From NCBI GenBank assembly GCA_963824385.1, contig CAWGPD010000004.1, forward strand, positions 224,001 through 288,000: a stretch of 64,000 nucleotides of DNA. The letters run 5' to 3'. Below, piece after piece: positions 51,830 to 61,747 of this stretch. Source of the DNA: an uncultured Nitrososphaerota archaeon. GTDB taxonomy: Archaea; Thermoproteota; Nitrososphaeria; Nitrososphaerales; Nitrosopumilaceae. The notes below the pieces were generated by a model. It saw only the letters and a program-made list of their open reading frames with translations, searched no databases and was not told where the DNA came from. Position numbers and translations under genes: made by a program. Position 1 is the first letter of the stretch; every line of letters starts with the position of its first letter.

Positions 51830-53631
51830 GCTGCACACTCGCCCCTTCCTGTTTTTGCGTGATAGCTTCCATCATTTCCATAATCAGCGTAAAAGTCTTC
51901 ATCTTGTTCTTTGGTTGGCACAACTAGAGTGGATTTGAGTAACTCCTTGATATCATCAAGTGATTTGACTTTTGGACCACCATTTCCTTCCAAGACTCTA
52001 CGAATCCATACATCCAGAGTCTCTCCCTGTCTTTTTTCAGATTTGAATATTTCTACTATTTTAAGAATAGTGGGAATTACCCTCTTTGCTGGAACTTTGG
52101 CACATGTATGACCAAGTGTTGTATCTTCATCTGATCTTCCTCCAAGCAACATGTTATACAATGGGTACATGTCTTTGCCAAGTCTTCCACCACCGCCATA
52201 AAATCCGATTGTTGCAATCTCATGTTGACCACAAGAATTAGGACATCCGCTTATCTTGACAGTTGAATTTCTAAGATCATCATCTTCGTCAATTTTTAAC
52301 TCAATGAATTTTCTTTGTACTTCTTTTGCTAGTCTATGTGAGTTTGTCAATGCTAAATTACATGAAGTTGTTCCAGAACAGCCAACAACAGAAGCCATTG
52401 TCAGTGCACCGGGATTTGCAAGACCTACTTCGAGTAGTTTTGCATATAGCCTTGGAAGGTCCCCATCCTTGACATGTCGGAATACCATGTCCTGAGTAAA
52501 TCCATTACGGATTTGTCCATCGGCAGTAAACTCTCGTGCTATATCAGCAATGGCTCGTAGTTGGTTAGATGTAACATCTCCTGATTCAAGTGTAAGAGAT
52601 ACAGAACTAAATCCGGGCTGTTTTTGTTTTACTGTGTTTGATTTTGCCCATCTTGAATATCCTTGTGGGATAGATGGTACCTCAGAACTAATTGAGATCT
52701 TTCTTAACACTTCAGGCGTTTTATCAACTTCTAGTTTTACTACAAGTGATAAGATCATCTTCATTATAGCCCTCTCTTTTAGCACAAGATTTTGGAACTT
52801 TTCCCAACCCATTTCATTTACAAGATAACGCATTCTTGCCCGTGCCAAGTTATCCCTATTACCAAGTCTGTCAAATATCCTAATTACAGAAATTACAGTA
52901 TTGAGTAGCTCTTCTTCTGGAGTAAAGGTCTCAAGCTGGTGTCCTACAAACGATTGTGCACCAAGTCCTCCTCCTAGGAAAATTTTGAACCCGCGTTGTG
53001 TTTTACCGTTTATCTCTGCGTATTGTGGAATTAAACCAATGTCCACCATCCTTGCCATCCCGTGTTTTTCACAGCAAGTAAAATTGATCTTAAACTTTCT
53101 TGGAAGGAGCTGGCTCATTGGATTTCGTAAAAGAAACTTTGTAGTAGCAACTGCATAAGGAGTAGGATCAAAAATCTCTTCTGGACAAACACCCGCAAGA
53201 GGACTACACATTATACTTCGTACAGAATTTCCACATGCCTCTCTTGTTGTAATACCTACTTCTGCAAGTCCTCTTAGAACTTCAGATACGTCCTCTAGTG
53301 CAACCCAGTGAAGTTGAAAATTCTGTCTGGTGGACACATGTGCACTTCCTATTGAAAAAGAATCGCTCAGGTCTGCAATTTTGTCTAGTTGTTCAGAATA
53401 AACTTCGCCAGCAGGAAGTTTTAGTCGGATCATGCTGTAATCATCAGTCATTCTGCTGCCATAGGCACCGTGTTGTAATCTAAAACGTCTAAAATCATCT
53501 TTGGTAATTTTTCCCTGTCGGAATAACTTTACCTGTTCTGCAAATTTCTCCGCTTCATCCAGTCTTCCCCAGTTTATCTTGTGCGAAGGGAGATTATCTG
53601 GCTTGGATTGGTTTACACTTGTGTTACTCAA
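51826..53631 (-). CDS. Ferredoxin-dependent sulfite/nitrite reductase (siroheme, 4Fe-4S)
   Basis: STRQNFQLH, LPRKFKI and CSGTTSC…SGCPNSCG motifs. Confidence 0.92.
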   Translation of the reverse strand: MSNTSVNQSKPDNLPSHKINWGRLDEAEKFAEQVKLFRQGKITKDDFRRFRLQHGAYGSRMTDDYSMIRLKLPAGEVYSEQLDKIADLSDSFSIGSAHVSTRQNFQLHWVALEDVSEVLRGLAEVGITTREACGNSVRSIMCSPLAGVCPEEIFDPTPYAVATTKFLLRNPMSQLLPRKFKINFTCCEKHGMARMVDIGLIPQYAEINGKTQRGFKIFLGGGLGAQSFVGHQLETFTPEEELLNTVISVIRIFDRLGNRDNLARARMRYLVNEMGWEKFQNLVLKERAIMKMILSLVVKLEVDKTPEVLRKISISSEVPSIPQGYSRWAKSNTVKQKQPGFSSVSLTLESGDVTSNQLRAIADIAREFTADGQIRNGFTQDMVFRHVKDGDLPRLYAKLLEVGLANPGALTMASVVGCSGTTSCNLALTNSHRLAKEVQRKFIELKIDEDDDLRNSTVKISGCPNSCGQHEIATIGFYGGGGRLGKDMYPLYNMLLGGRSDEDTTLGHTCAKVPAKRVIPTILKIVEIFKSEKRQGETLDVWIRRVLEGNGGPKVKSLDDIKELLKSTLVVPTKEQDEDFYADYGNDGSYHAKTGRGECAA

Positions 53632-53912
53632 TTATTGATAGCTAGTCTTCAGAACGCATATAAATTTTGTAATTGATAGCCTTTTCCTCCACATAATAAT
53701 TTAAATCGGTAAGATTTGCCGGATTGATTCTAAACTTTTGGAATTGGTTTCAAATATAGAGACTTTAACAATTACAATCAAATCTAAAAGATGCCATGAT
53801 TTTTGAATCTATTTGATCAAATGCTTCCAACCTTCTGTTATCATCAAAAAAACTGTGTTATCTACAACCAATCAGAAAAGAGTTAAATGATGACTGACAA
53901 GAAAAAAACACC

Positions 53913-54932
53913 GTGACAGGCAAGATAAGTCTAGCACTAGTTGGTGTTGGCAATGTAGCTATTACACTTGTCAAAGGTTTTGAATTTTATAAAAATTCTA
54001 CACAAGGTCTGTGGCATCCAAAAATAGCAGGACTGACATTAAATGATTTTACAATATCCGCAGTATACGACATAGATTCTTCCAAGGTAGGAAAAAAAAT
54101 ATCAGATATTGTAAAGAATTTCAAGACAGACTTTGGCAATCTTACAGTCCAGCCAGGAATTGCAGATGATATAGTACCCCCACATATATCAAAAAATGGT
54201 CAGATTAAATCTGCAAGTTATGACGAGTTTGTAAACTCCCTCAAGAACACAAAACCAGATTTTGTTTTAAATCTGATTTCATCAGGGATGGAAAAAAGCA
54301 GTGAAAAATATGCAAAAGCCGCATTAGATGCAGGCTGTTCTTTCTTTAATGCAACTGCGGCGCATACCGTTACAGATCAGGTAAGAAAATCATTTGAATC
54401 AAAAGGAATTGCAATTCTAGGAGATGATCTAATGAGCCAGTTTGGTGGAACTGCATTTCACAGAGGCATGATAGATTTTATGGCAAGCAGAGGAATATTT
54501 TTACAAAAAGCATATCAGCTTGATGTAGGTGGAAACCAGGATACCCAGAGTACCATGGCAGAAGAGACAAGAGAGAGAAAGAGACAGATAAAGACACAGT
54601 CTATTGCAATTGAATCTCCAGTTCCGTTCAGATCTACTGCAGGCACTACAGAATATGCAGAGCAGTTAGGAGATTCAAGAGTTAGCTACTATTGGATGGA
54701 AGCAGGAGGATTTCTAAATTCACCAATAGAGTTGGATCTTGCATTGAAAACAAATGACAGTACAAATGGCTGTAATGTCATAGTTGATTCGATAAGAGCT
54801 GCAAAGAAATCGCTTTCAAGCAAAGACTTTACAAAATTAGATGTCATTTCTGCATATGCGTTTAAAAACCCACCAAAGAAGATGCACATAAGAGAATGCA
54901 TCAAGGCATTTGAAGATTCATTTCTAAACTGA
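53913..54932 (+). CDS. myo-Inositol-1-phosphate synthase family protein
   Basis: VGVGNVA, DIDSSKVG, GDDLMSQFGGT and YQLDVGGNQD motifs. Confidence 0.85.
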   Translation: MTGKISLALVGVGNVAITLVKGFEFYKNSTQGLWHPKIAGLTLNDFTISAVYDIDSSKVGKKISDIVKNFKTDFGNLTVQPGIADDIVPPHISKNGQIKSASYDEFVNSLKNTKPDFVLNLISSGMEKSSEKYAKAALDAGCSFFNATAAHTVTDQVRKSFESKGIAILGDDLMSQFGGTAFHRGMIDFMASRGIFLQKAYQLDVGGNQDTQSTMAEETRERKRQIKTQSIAIESPVPFRSTAGTTEYAEQLGDSRVSYYWMEAGGFLNSPIELDLALKTNDSTNGCNVIVDSIRAAKKSLSSKDFTKLDVISAYAFKNPPKKMHIRECIKAFEDSFLN

Positions 54933-54969
54933 GCAAACTATTAATGTGCTAAAAGAAGGATGATTTTTC

Positions 54970-55785
54970 ATGCAGAGTACTCAGAAAGAAGAAGTTCCAA
55001 AAATTTTTGCAGATTTAAGAGAAGTTGAAATTACAAGAGCAATTGCCAATGAATTTCATTCAGTTTTAATTGATAGATCAGATTCAGATGTAATTATAAT
55101 CGGAGCAGGCCCTGCAGGACTTACTGCAAGCAGAGAGTTGTCTTTAATGGGATTCAAGGTTCTGGTAATAGAGCAAAACAACTACCTAGGTGGAGGCTAT
55201 TGGCTTGGAGGATACATGATGAATCCAGTAACAGTAAGAGCTCCAGCACAAAAGGTCTGGGACGAATTGGGAATTCCATACAAGCAAGTCGCCGAAGGTC
55301 TCTTTCTAACACCAGGTCCACACGCAGTATCCAAATTGATAGCAGCTGCATGCGATGCAGGTGTAAAGTTTTTACAATTAACCAAGTTTGATGATCTAGT
55401 TCTAAAGAATGGTCGAGTTGCAGGAGTTGTAGTAAACTGGATGCCAGTATCAGCTCTTCCAAGAAATATCACATGTGTAGATCCTGTTGCACTAGAAGCA
55501 AAGATGGTAATTGATGCATCAGGTCATGACTCTGTAGCAGTAAAAAGACTAGTAGACAGAAAGCTTGTAGAATGGAAAGGAATGGACCCAATGTGGATAG
55601 ATGATGGCGAAAACAGAGTGGTATACAAAACAGGCGAGGTATTCCCAGGTCTAGTCATTTCTGGCATGTCTGTAACTGAAACTTATGGACTGGCAAGAAT
55701 GGGTCCAACCTATGGTTCCATGTTACTATCAGGCAAAAAAGCTGCAGAAGTGACTGCTGCAAAGCTAAAAGAACTAAGAAGATAA
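54970..55785 (+). CDS. thi4: Thiazole synthase Thi4, Cys-type
   Basis: GAGPAGL, GGGYWLGG, CVDP and RMGPTYGSMLLSG motifs. Confidence 0.95.
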   Translation: MQSTQKEEVPKIFADLREVEITRAIANEFHSVLIDRSDSDVIIIGAGPAGLTASRELSLMGFKVLVIEQNNYLGGGYWLGGYMMNPVTVRAPAQKVWDELGIPYKQVAEGLFLTPGPHAVSKLIAAACDAGVKFLQLTKFDDLVLKNGRVAGVVVNWMPVSALPRNITCVDPVALEAKMVIDASGHDSVAVKRLVDRKLVEWKGMDPMWIDDGENRVVYKTGEVFPGLVISGMSVTETYGLARMGPTYGSMLLSGKKAAEVTAAKLKELRR

Positions 55786-55807
55786 ATCAATTAGATTTCA
55801 AAGACAC

Positions 55808-56597
55808 TTGTTGAAGATATCAAAAATTTTCCTATATGATGAGCCATCAGTTCCAGAGATCGAGATTTACAACCTAGCAAAATTCATACAAGAAACATTA
55901 GATATTCCAGTAGAGGTACGAAAGAATTTCTTTGAGCATTTCAAATCAGATAAAAATATTGCACATGAATTGGCATCATCACGAATTTTTAATCCATATT
56001 CATCCTTTGAAAGACACCCGCCATCAGAAGAGGAGATTGATTTTGAAGAAGAATCTTTTGAAAATAGTTCCATTTTAAACAATATCATACTATACGATGG
56101 TTTTGAGATACAAAATATTTTAAAAAATTTAATCCCTGAAGAAGAATCAACTTCAGATATATTCCATCTAAGTTTCATGACACGGCTCACATGTACATAT
56201 GATTATGAAGATTACAGATATCATGGAAGAGTAGTCATATGTTCAAATCCTTCAATAATTTCAACTACGGGAATAATCGAGGCCCCAGCCAAGCCACGTG
56301 CATATTACATCAGCATGCAACATAGTCTTGGCCCAAGGTCTAAACCTGGATGCGCTAAAAGAGCAATTCAGAGGCACGTTTCTAGAGTACCATGATAAGA
56401 ATCTAGGCAAAATTGTCAAAGGATATGCATTACAGGCGATTTTTTACTATTTGACTTCAGAGTCATTTTGTGACTCTATGGATTGCATTTTAAACAATGC
56501 ACACTGGCAAGAAGATCTAATACATGCACAAATTAAATCAGGAAGACTCTGTAATGCCCATCAAAAAATTCTTGAATCAATTAAAAAACATGAATAA
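55808..56597 (+). CDS. Putative metallopeptidase (DUF6775-like); +1 indel near 56330
   Basis: RYHGR, STTGIIEAPAKP and C…C…NAHWQEDL…C…H pattern. Confidence 0.7.
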
Positions 56598-56627
56598 TTT
56601 AAATATGAACTGGAATGAATTTGTTCT

Positions 56628-57593
56628 GTGCAAGCAGAAGTAAGATCAGAGAGTAAAAAACCCGAAACAAAAAGAAAGTTTGATGTGATAATCATTGGTG
56701 CAGGTCCTGCAGGATATACTGCTTCCATATACGCATCACGTGCAAAACATGATACCCTCATAATATCAGGCGTTTTACCAGGAGGCCAGCTAATGCTTAC
56801 AACAGAAGTAGAAAACTTTCCAGGGTTTGCTAAAGGAATTCTCGGACCAGAATTGATGACTGCAATGAGAGAACAAGCTGTACGAATTGGAACTACGATT
56901 ATTGATGATGAAGTAGTAAATGTGGATTTTAGACACAAGCCATTTAAGATTTTGACTTATTCTGAAGAATATGAAGCAGATGCAGTAATAATTGCAACAG
57001 GTGCTACTCCAAGAAAGATTGGTGTTAAGGGAGAACAGGAATTTAGTGCTCGTGGTGTTTCATATTGTGCCACATGTGATGGACCATTTTTTAAAAATCA
57101 AGATATAGTTGTTGCAGGAGGTGGAGACTCTGCAATGGAAGAGGCCATATTTCTCACAAAATTTGCAAGTAAAGTCCACGTAGTTCATAGAAAAGATACT
57201 CTTCGTGCAAGCAAAGTTATGCAAGATAGAGCTTTTGAAAACAAAAAAATCCAGTTTCACTGGAATACAATAATTGAGGAAATAAAAGGAAATCAAAAAG
57301 TCACACAGATAACACTAAAAGATACTGTGGCAAACAAGGTCGAGACATTAGATATAGGAGGAATTTTTGTTGCAATAGGACACGAGCCAAATACAAAATT
57401 ATTCAAAGGTCAGATTGAACTTGATGACTTGGGGTATATTTCATTAAAGAATCACACCCATACAAATGTGGAAGGAGTCTTTGCTGCAGGAGATGTGCAT
57501 GACCACCGATACAGACAAGCAATAACGGCTGCAGCTTTTGGTTGCATGGCTGCCATTGATGTTGATAAGTATCTCTCAGAACATAAAGCATAA
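56628..57593 (+). CDS. trxB: Thioredoxin-disulfide reductase
   Basis: GAGPAGYTA, CATCDG, GGGDSAMEEA and FAAGD motifs. Confidence 0.97.
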   Translation: MQAEVRSESKKPETKRKFDVIIIGAGPAGYTASIYASRAKHDTLIISGVLPGGQLMLTTEVENFPGFAKGILGPELMTAMREQAVRIGTTIIDDEVVNVDFRHKPFKILTYSEEYEADAVIIATGATPRKIGVKGEQEFSARGVSYCATCDGPFFKNQDIVVAGGGDSAMEEAIFLTKFASKVHVVHRKDTLRASKVMQDRAFENKKIQFHWNTIIEEIKGNQKVTQITLKDTVANKVETLDIGGIFVAIGHEPNTKLFKGQIELDDLGYISLKNHTHTNVEGVFAAGDVHDHRYRQAITAAAFGCMAAIDVDKYLSEHKA

Positions 57594-58595
57594 TCAGACA
57601 GACTGGACTTGAGAAATATACTTGGAATCTTTTAGTGCAGTGTCAAATTCTTCTTCTGTAAAAATTCCTTGTTGGATGTAAAGACTCTTGAATTTTCTTC
57701 CATCATCGGCAAATATTCCTACCACATGGCCACTTTTAACATCATATTTTTTCATTGCAGTATATACAGTTGCAGAGGATGGACTTACTAGCATCTTTTC
57801 TTTTTCTAGAATTTCTTTTACGGATGCAAATACCTCCTCATTGGTTATAGTAATCCAGTCATCAACTACTTTTTCACGTTTGATAAATAAATCAGGTTTT
57901 GCAGATTCTTCAAAGTTTCTCAGACCTTGAATCAAGTGGTTTTGTTGGGGCTGTACGCCTATGACCTGGATTTGAGGATTCTTTTCTTTCAAGTATGCAC
58001 CAATTCCAGTTATAGTTCCTCCAGTTCCAACTCCAGTAAAGAAATGTGTTACCTTGCCTTTTGTCTGCTCCCAGATCTCTGGTCCAGTTCCTTTGTAATG
58101 ACCCAAAAAGTTTGCTTCGTTGGCATATTGATTTGGAGAATAGTACTTGTCAGGTCTTGCAGATGCGATTGAACGTGCAAGTGCAATGCTTTGGTCTGTT
58201 CCACCACCAACTTTTGGACACAAGTCGTCAGATGTTTGATACAAAGTAGCACCGAGTGATTCTATAATCTTCTTTGTTTCCGCGCTTGCCTTTTCTGGGA
58301 TTACAATCTCAACTTTGTACCCAAGAAGTTTTGCAATCCCTGCAAGTGCGATTCCAGTATTTCCAGATGTAGGCTCTATTATGATAGTATGTCCCCTTTT
58401 TATGGTGCCACTGTCTTCTGCAATCTTTACCATCCAAAATGCAGCTCTATCTTTTACAGAACCAAACGGATTGTAGAACTCTAGCTTGGCATAAAATTGT
58501 ACAGTATCGTTTGAAAGCGAATCTAGTTTTATGAGAGGTGTATTTCCAATTTTCTTGAGAAGTATCTCAGCATCATCTAATGTTTTAGTGGCCAA
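57594..58595 (-). CDS. PLP-dependent cysteine synthase family protein
   Basis: GNTPL, NPFGSVKDR, TSGNTG and GTGGT motifs. Confidence 0.93.
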   Translation of the reverse strand: MATKTLDDAEILLKKIGNTPLIKLDSLSNDTVQFYAKLEFYNPFGSVKDRAAFWMVKIAEDSGTIKRGHTIIIEPTSGNTGIALAGIAKLLGYKVEIVIPEKASAETKKIIESLGATLYQTSDDLCPKVGGGTDQSIALARSIASARPDKYYSPNQYANEANFLGHYKGTGPEIWEQTKGKVTHFFTGVGTGGTITGIGAYLKEKNPQIQVIGVQPQQNHLIQGLRNFEESAKPDLFIKREKVVDDWITITNEEVFASVKEILEKEKMLVSPSSATVYTAMKKYDVKSGHVVGIFADDGRKFKSLYIQQGIFTEEEFDTALKDSKYISQVQSV

Positions 58596-58598
58596 GAA

Positions 58599-58838
58599 CT
58601 ATTTCACCTTCTTTATGGTAAACTCTAGATCATTTCCTGTTTTTTTAATACCAATTAATTGGTGACCGGTTCTGTTTACCCATCTTGTAATATCTTCTTC
58701 AGATGCAGGATCATCTGCAGTGATTTTGAGTATGTCTCCTACTGCCATTCTTTCAATCTCTATCTTTGTTCTAAATACAGGTTCTGGACAGAACATGCCT
58801 CGAACATCTATAGTCTTAGTAGGATTTAATTCTGAAAT
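58599..58838 (-). CDS. tusA: TusA-family sulfur carrier; apparent ATT start
   Basis: In-frame ISELNPTKTIDVRGMFCPEP (CPxP motif) and ADDP; AGGTGA SD 6 nt upstream of ATT. Confidence 0.85.
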   Translation of the reverse strand: MSELNPTKTIDVRGMFCPEPVFRTKIEIERMAVGDILKITADDPASEEDITRWVNRTGHQLIGIKKTGNDLEFTIKKVK

Positions 58839-58909
58839 ATCGGTTCACCTATGAGCAAAAAATCGCTCACGAGATATTAAAATCTATTCATAGTTACAAA
58901 AAAATCCAG

Positions 58910-59830
58910 TCATCTAAGAATCATCGGCAAGATTGCTCGGAGATTTCTTTGATACAAAACTGTATGATCCTGATCTTTGAAATTAATTTTGTTTGAAAGT
59001 TTTGTTATCATACGTACTGCAACTTTGTAAGCAGTTGTCCAGACCACACTGTTTGGATTTGATTCAAAAGCATTGATCAAAAATATGCATACACCGGTTA
59101 GATGAGGATGGTTTTCTTTAAAGTACATGATAATATCTTCTTTGGAATTTTCTATTTTGTACAGAGCATGTTCAATCATTTCTCTGCTTGTAGTATATCC
59201 CGAACTATCTATAGTAATTTTGCCGTGCTTCATTGCGTATAATACATCATCCAATTTATTTTCAGAGTCAATCAAATTGATACACCTTCCAAGCGTAGAA
59301 GCAACATGTGAGTCACTTCCTGCCACTTCAATCATGTTATTTGCTTTAGCAAAATGAGAAGCTCGAAGATTTGAGTAACGGTCTACATTATTGCTGTTAA
59401 AGACCTCAATCAAATCACATAAAATTGCATTTTCTCGCAAACCGTTGCTGAGTCCAAAAGGATGCGGTGCACATGATATAACTCCTTGTGATTTTATAGA
59501 ATCAAGGGTCTCGTCAATATTATTTCCAGCCTTGATAGTTTCATTGAGACCAAATGCCAGAACATGTATACCTTGATCAGTGGTGATTTCTTCACCTGGG
59601 TATATTTTGATCTTTTTGTATTTGGCATGGTTTTCTTTGTATTCCAAAAGGGATCTATATCCATCCAGAGTGTTATGATTGGTAATGAAAAAAGCATCCA
59701 ACCCCATCAGATATGCCTTTTCCAGTTGATCCCCAATTGTCACTCCACAGTCATATGGAGTCTCCTTGGGTCCTAGCTGAAAGTTTGAAAATTCATTATG
59801 GCAGTGTAATTCTACTTTTAATCCAGCCAA
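58910..59830 (-). CDS. PHP-domain phosphoesterase
   Basis: LHCH, TNHN, PHP and GSDSH motifs. Confidence 0.88.
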   Translation of the reverse strand: MAGLKVELHCHNEFSNFQLGPKETPYDCGVTIGDQLEKAYLMGLDAFFITNHNTLDGYRSLLEYKENHAKYKKIKIYPGEEITTDQGIHVLAFGLNETIKAGNNIDETLDSIKSQGVISCAPHPFGLSNGLRENAILCDLIEVFNSNNVDRYSNLRASHFAKANNMIEVAGSDSHVASTLGRCINLIDSENKLDDVLYAMKHGKITIDSSGYTTSREMIEHALYKIENSKEDIIMYFKENHPHLTGVCIFLINAFESNPNSVVWTTAYKVAVRMITKLSNKINFKDQDHTVLYQRNLRAILPMILR

Positions 59831-59883
59831 TGTTTATCGAATCCCTCGCTTAATGATATAATCCTTGTTTCTTAAATTTTGGA

Positions 59884-60626
59884 TCATCTGAATAGATCAA
59901 GTGATTTTGCTCTCAATAGAACTTTTGAAGTACCATTTTTTTTATCAAATTTGTAGTTTCTAATAATTGCAATTGGTGTGTGAAGTGTTTTTCCTCTAAC
60001 CAATTCACTTGCAGAACAGAGTGCTCATCTACAATTGCAATTGCTGTAACTCTAAGAACACGATTAAAGTTATCTCGTTTTCCAACATAGTCTACAATTG
60101 GAGATATTCCAGAAACGCCTATTGCAGTATCTGTCTGACCCTCTCTAAATGGCCTACCAAATGTATCAGATATTATCACTGCGATATTTTTTCCTGTTTT
60201 AGTTTTTATACGTCTTCGTAATTTTTCTGCAGATATATCGGGGTTTTTTGGAAGCAAGGTTGCAAAATTTGCTTCAACATTACTTTCATCTATTCCAGCA
60301 TTTGCACAGACTAGACCATGATGTGTTTCACATATCATTATTCCATTTTTCATACGAATGAGCCTTTTTGTTTCATCAAGTATTAGTTGAATAATTCGAG
60401 GGTCTTTTGCATAAGCGCTGGCAATCCCAGTTGCAAGAAGAGTGGGTTTAATTTTGGAGAGATTAATTTTTCTGCCTTCTTGTTTTGAAATAATTTTTTG
60501 AGTAAATACCAGAATATCACCTTCTTTTAATCCCCTGCCAGTTCTTGTTTGAAGTAAAAGTTCAATCAAATCATCTCCCGGTAAGATATCTTTTAGAATA
60601 TGAACAGGAATTATTTGTAAAGACAT
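59884..60626 (-). CDS. cofE: Coenzyme F420-0:L-glutamate ligase; indel near 60021
   Basis: QKIISKQEG, ANAGIDESN and SDTFGRPFREG motifs; restored tail DELCSASELV…DLFR*. Confidence 0.92.
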
Positions 60627-60667
60627 ACTCACAAGTTTAATTTTTTACTGCTTAAAATGATATCTTG

Positions 60668-61318
60668 TCAGGCTACTGTCTGCAACGGTATCTTCAAGCC
60701 ATAGTGTTTGTTGATTAAATCAATGAGTTTAGAGAGGTCTTTTTCTTCCAGTGTCACAGTTGCCAATTCTTTTACCACATCCTGGGCTCTAAATGCCACC
60801 CCAAGACCGCATATATTGAATAATTTTATATCATTTGCCCCGTCCACAACTACAACAATATTATTTTGTTCTTCTTTCCATTCTTTTATTTTAACAATTG
60901 CAGATTTTGCCTTGTCAGAATCAACATCTATTGTTACACCATCCAATTTTCCATCCTTGAATATCAGTTTGTTTGAAAAGACATAATCTAGGCCTAGTTC
61001 ATCTTTTAATCTGTCTGTCATTATTGTAAATCCTCCAGATACTGCCATAATCTTCCATCCTGCGGCCTTTAATGCTCTACATGCTTCTTTTGCGCCAATC
61101 ATTATTTTTAACGAATCAGAAACTTCCTTGCATATCTGATAATCTATTCCTCTAAGCAGTTCAATTCTTCTTTTGAGTCCTTCTTCCCAATTTATTTTTC
61201 CCTCGATACCTTGTCTTGTAATAGCCCAAATTTCATCTTGCTTGTTAATTTTTTCAGCAAGGATTGGAAGAAATTCTGCGTCAAGTAATACGCCTTCCAC
61301 ATCAAAAATTGCTAACAT
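60668..61318 (-). CDS. serB: Phosphoserine phosphatase
   Basis: FDVEGVL, VSGGF and DGAND motifs. Confidence 0.88.
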   Translation of the reverse strand: MLAIFDVEGVLLDAEFLPILAEKINKQDEIWAITRQGIEGKINWEEGLKRRIELLRGIDYQICKEVSDSLKIMIGAKEACRALKAAGWKIMAVSGGFTIMTDRLKDELGLDYVFSNKLIFKDGKLDGVTIDVDSDKAKSAIVKIKEWKEEQNNIVVVVDGANDIKLFNICGLGVAFRAQDVVKELATVTLEEKDLSKLIDLINKHYGLKIPLQTVA

Positions 61319-61419
61319 CGGTTTCTTCTTTCAACTTTAAATCAGATTATATTAATCTTAAGTGGCTTTCAGATCTTTTCACCACTAGTAATATATTCAA
61401 GGTTGCCAAGTTGTTGAAT

Positions 61420-61704
61420 ATGACTGAACTTCCACACAAGTATGAAGTCCCAGTAAAAGTTGTGGAGAAAGCGATCAAATTAACAGATAAGACCAAAGAA
61501 GAACTCAAAGCGTCTGGCATGATGGATGACAAGGGAAAACTCAAGTTAAAAGGTGTCAGTCCAAAGATGCTCAAGCGTATGAAAGAAGAGTCTGTTGATT
61601 GTCCTGTTTTAAAAGATGAACTTGCATTCATCCAGTGTTTTGTCTGCAGTAATTTCCAGAGTAGAGTATCTGGTAAAGTACTCTGCAAAGGCGACGCACT
61701 CTAA
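61420..61704 (+). CDS. Small hypothetical Cys-containing protein
   Basis: MTELPHKYE…CP…CFVC…C; start reassigned to ATG at 61420. Confidence 0.75.
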   Translation: MTELPHKYEVPVKVVEKAIKLTDKTKEELKASGMMDDKGKLKLKGVSPKMLKRMKEESVDCPVLKDELAFIQCFVCSNFQSRVSGKVLCKGDAL

Positions 61705-61747
61705 AAAACCAGAAAGCTCATTAGTACTACGATAAGAAAGATCTGAA

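Noticed and set aside
53632..53912. Long intergenic region examined for a TPP riboswitch or RNA gene near thi4
   Set aside because: AT-rich with no recognisable riboswitch or tRNA structure; consistent with divergent promoters.
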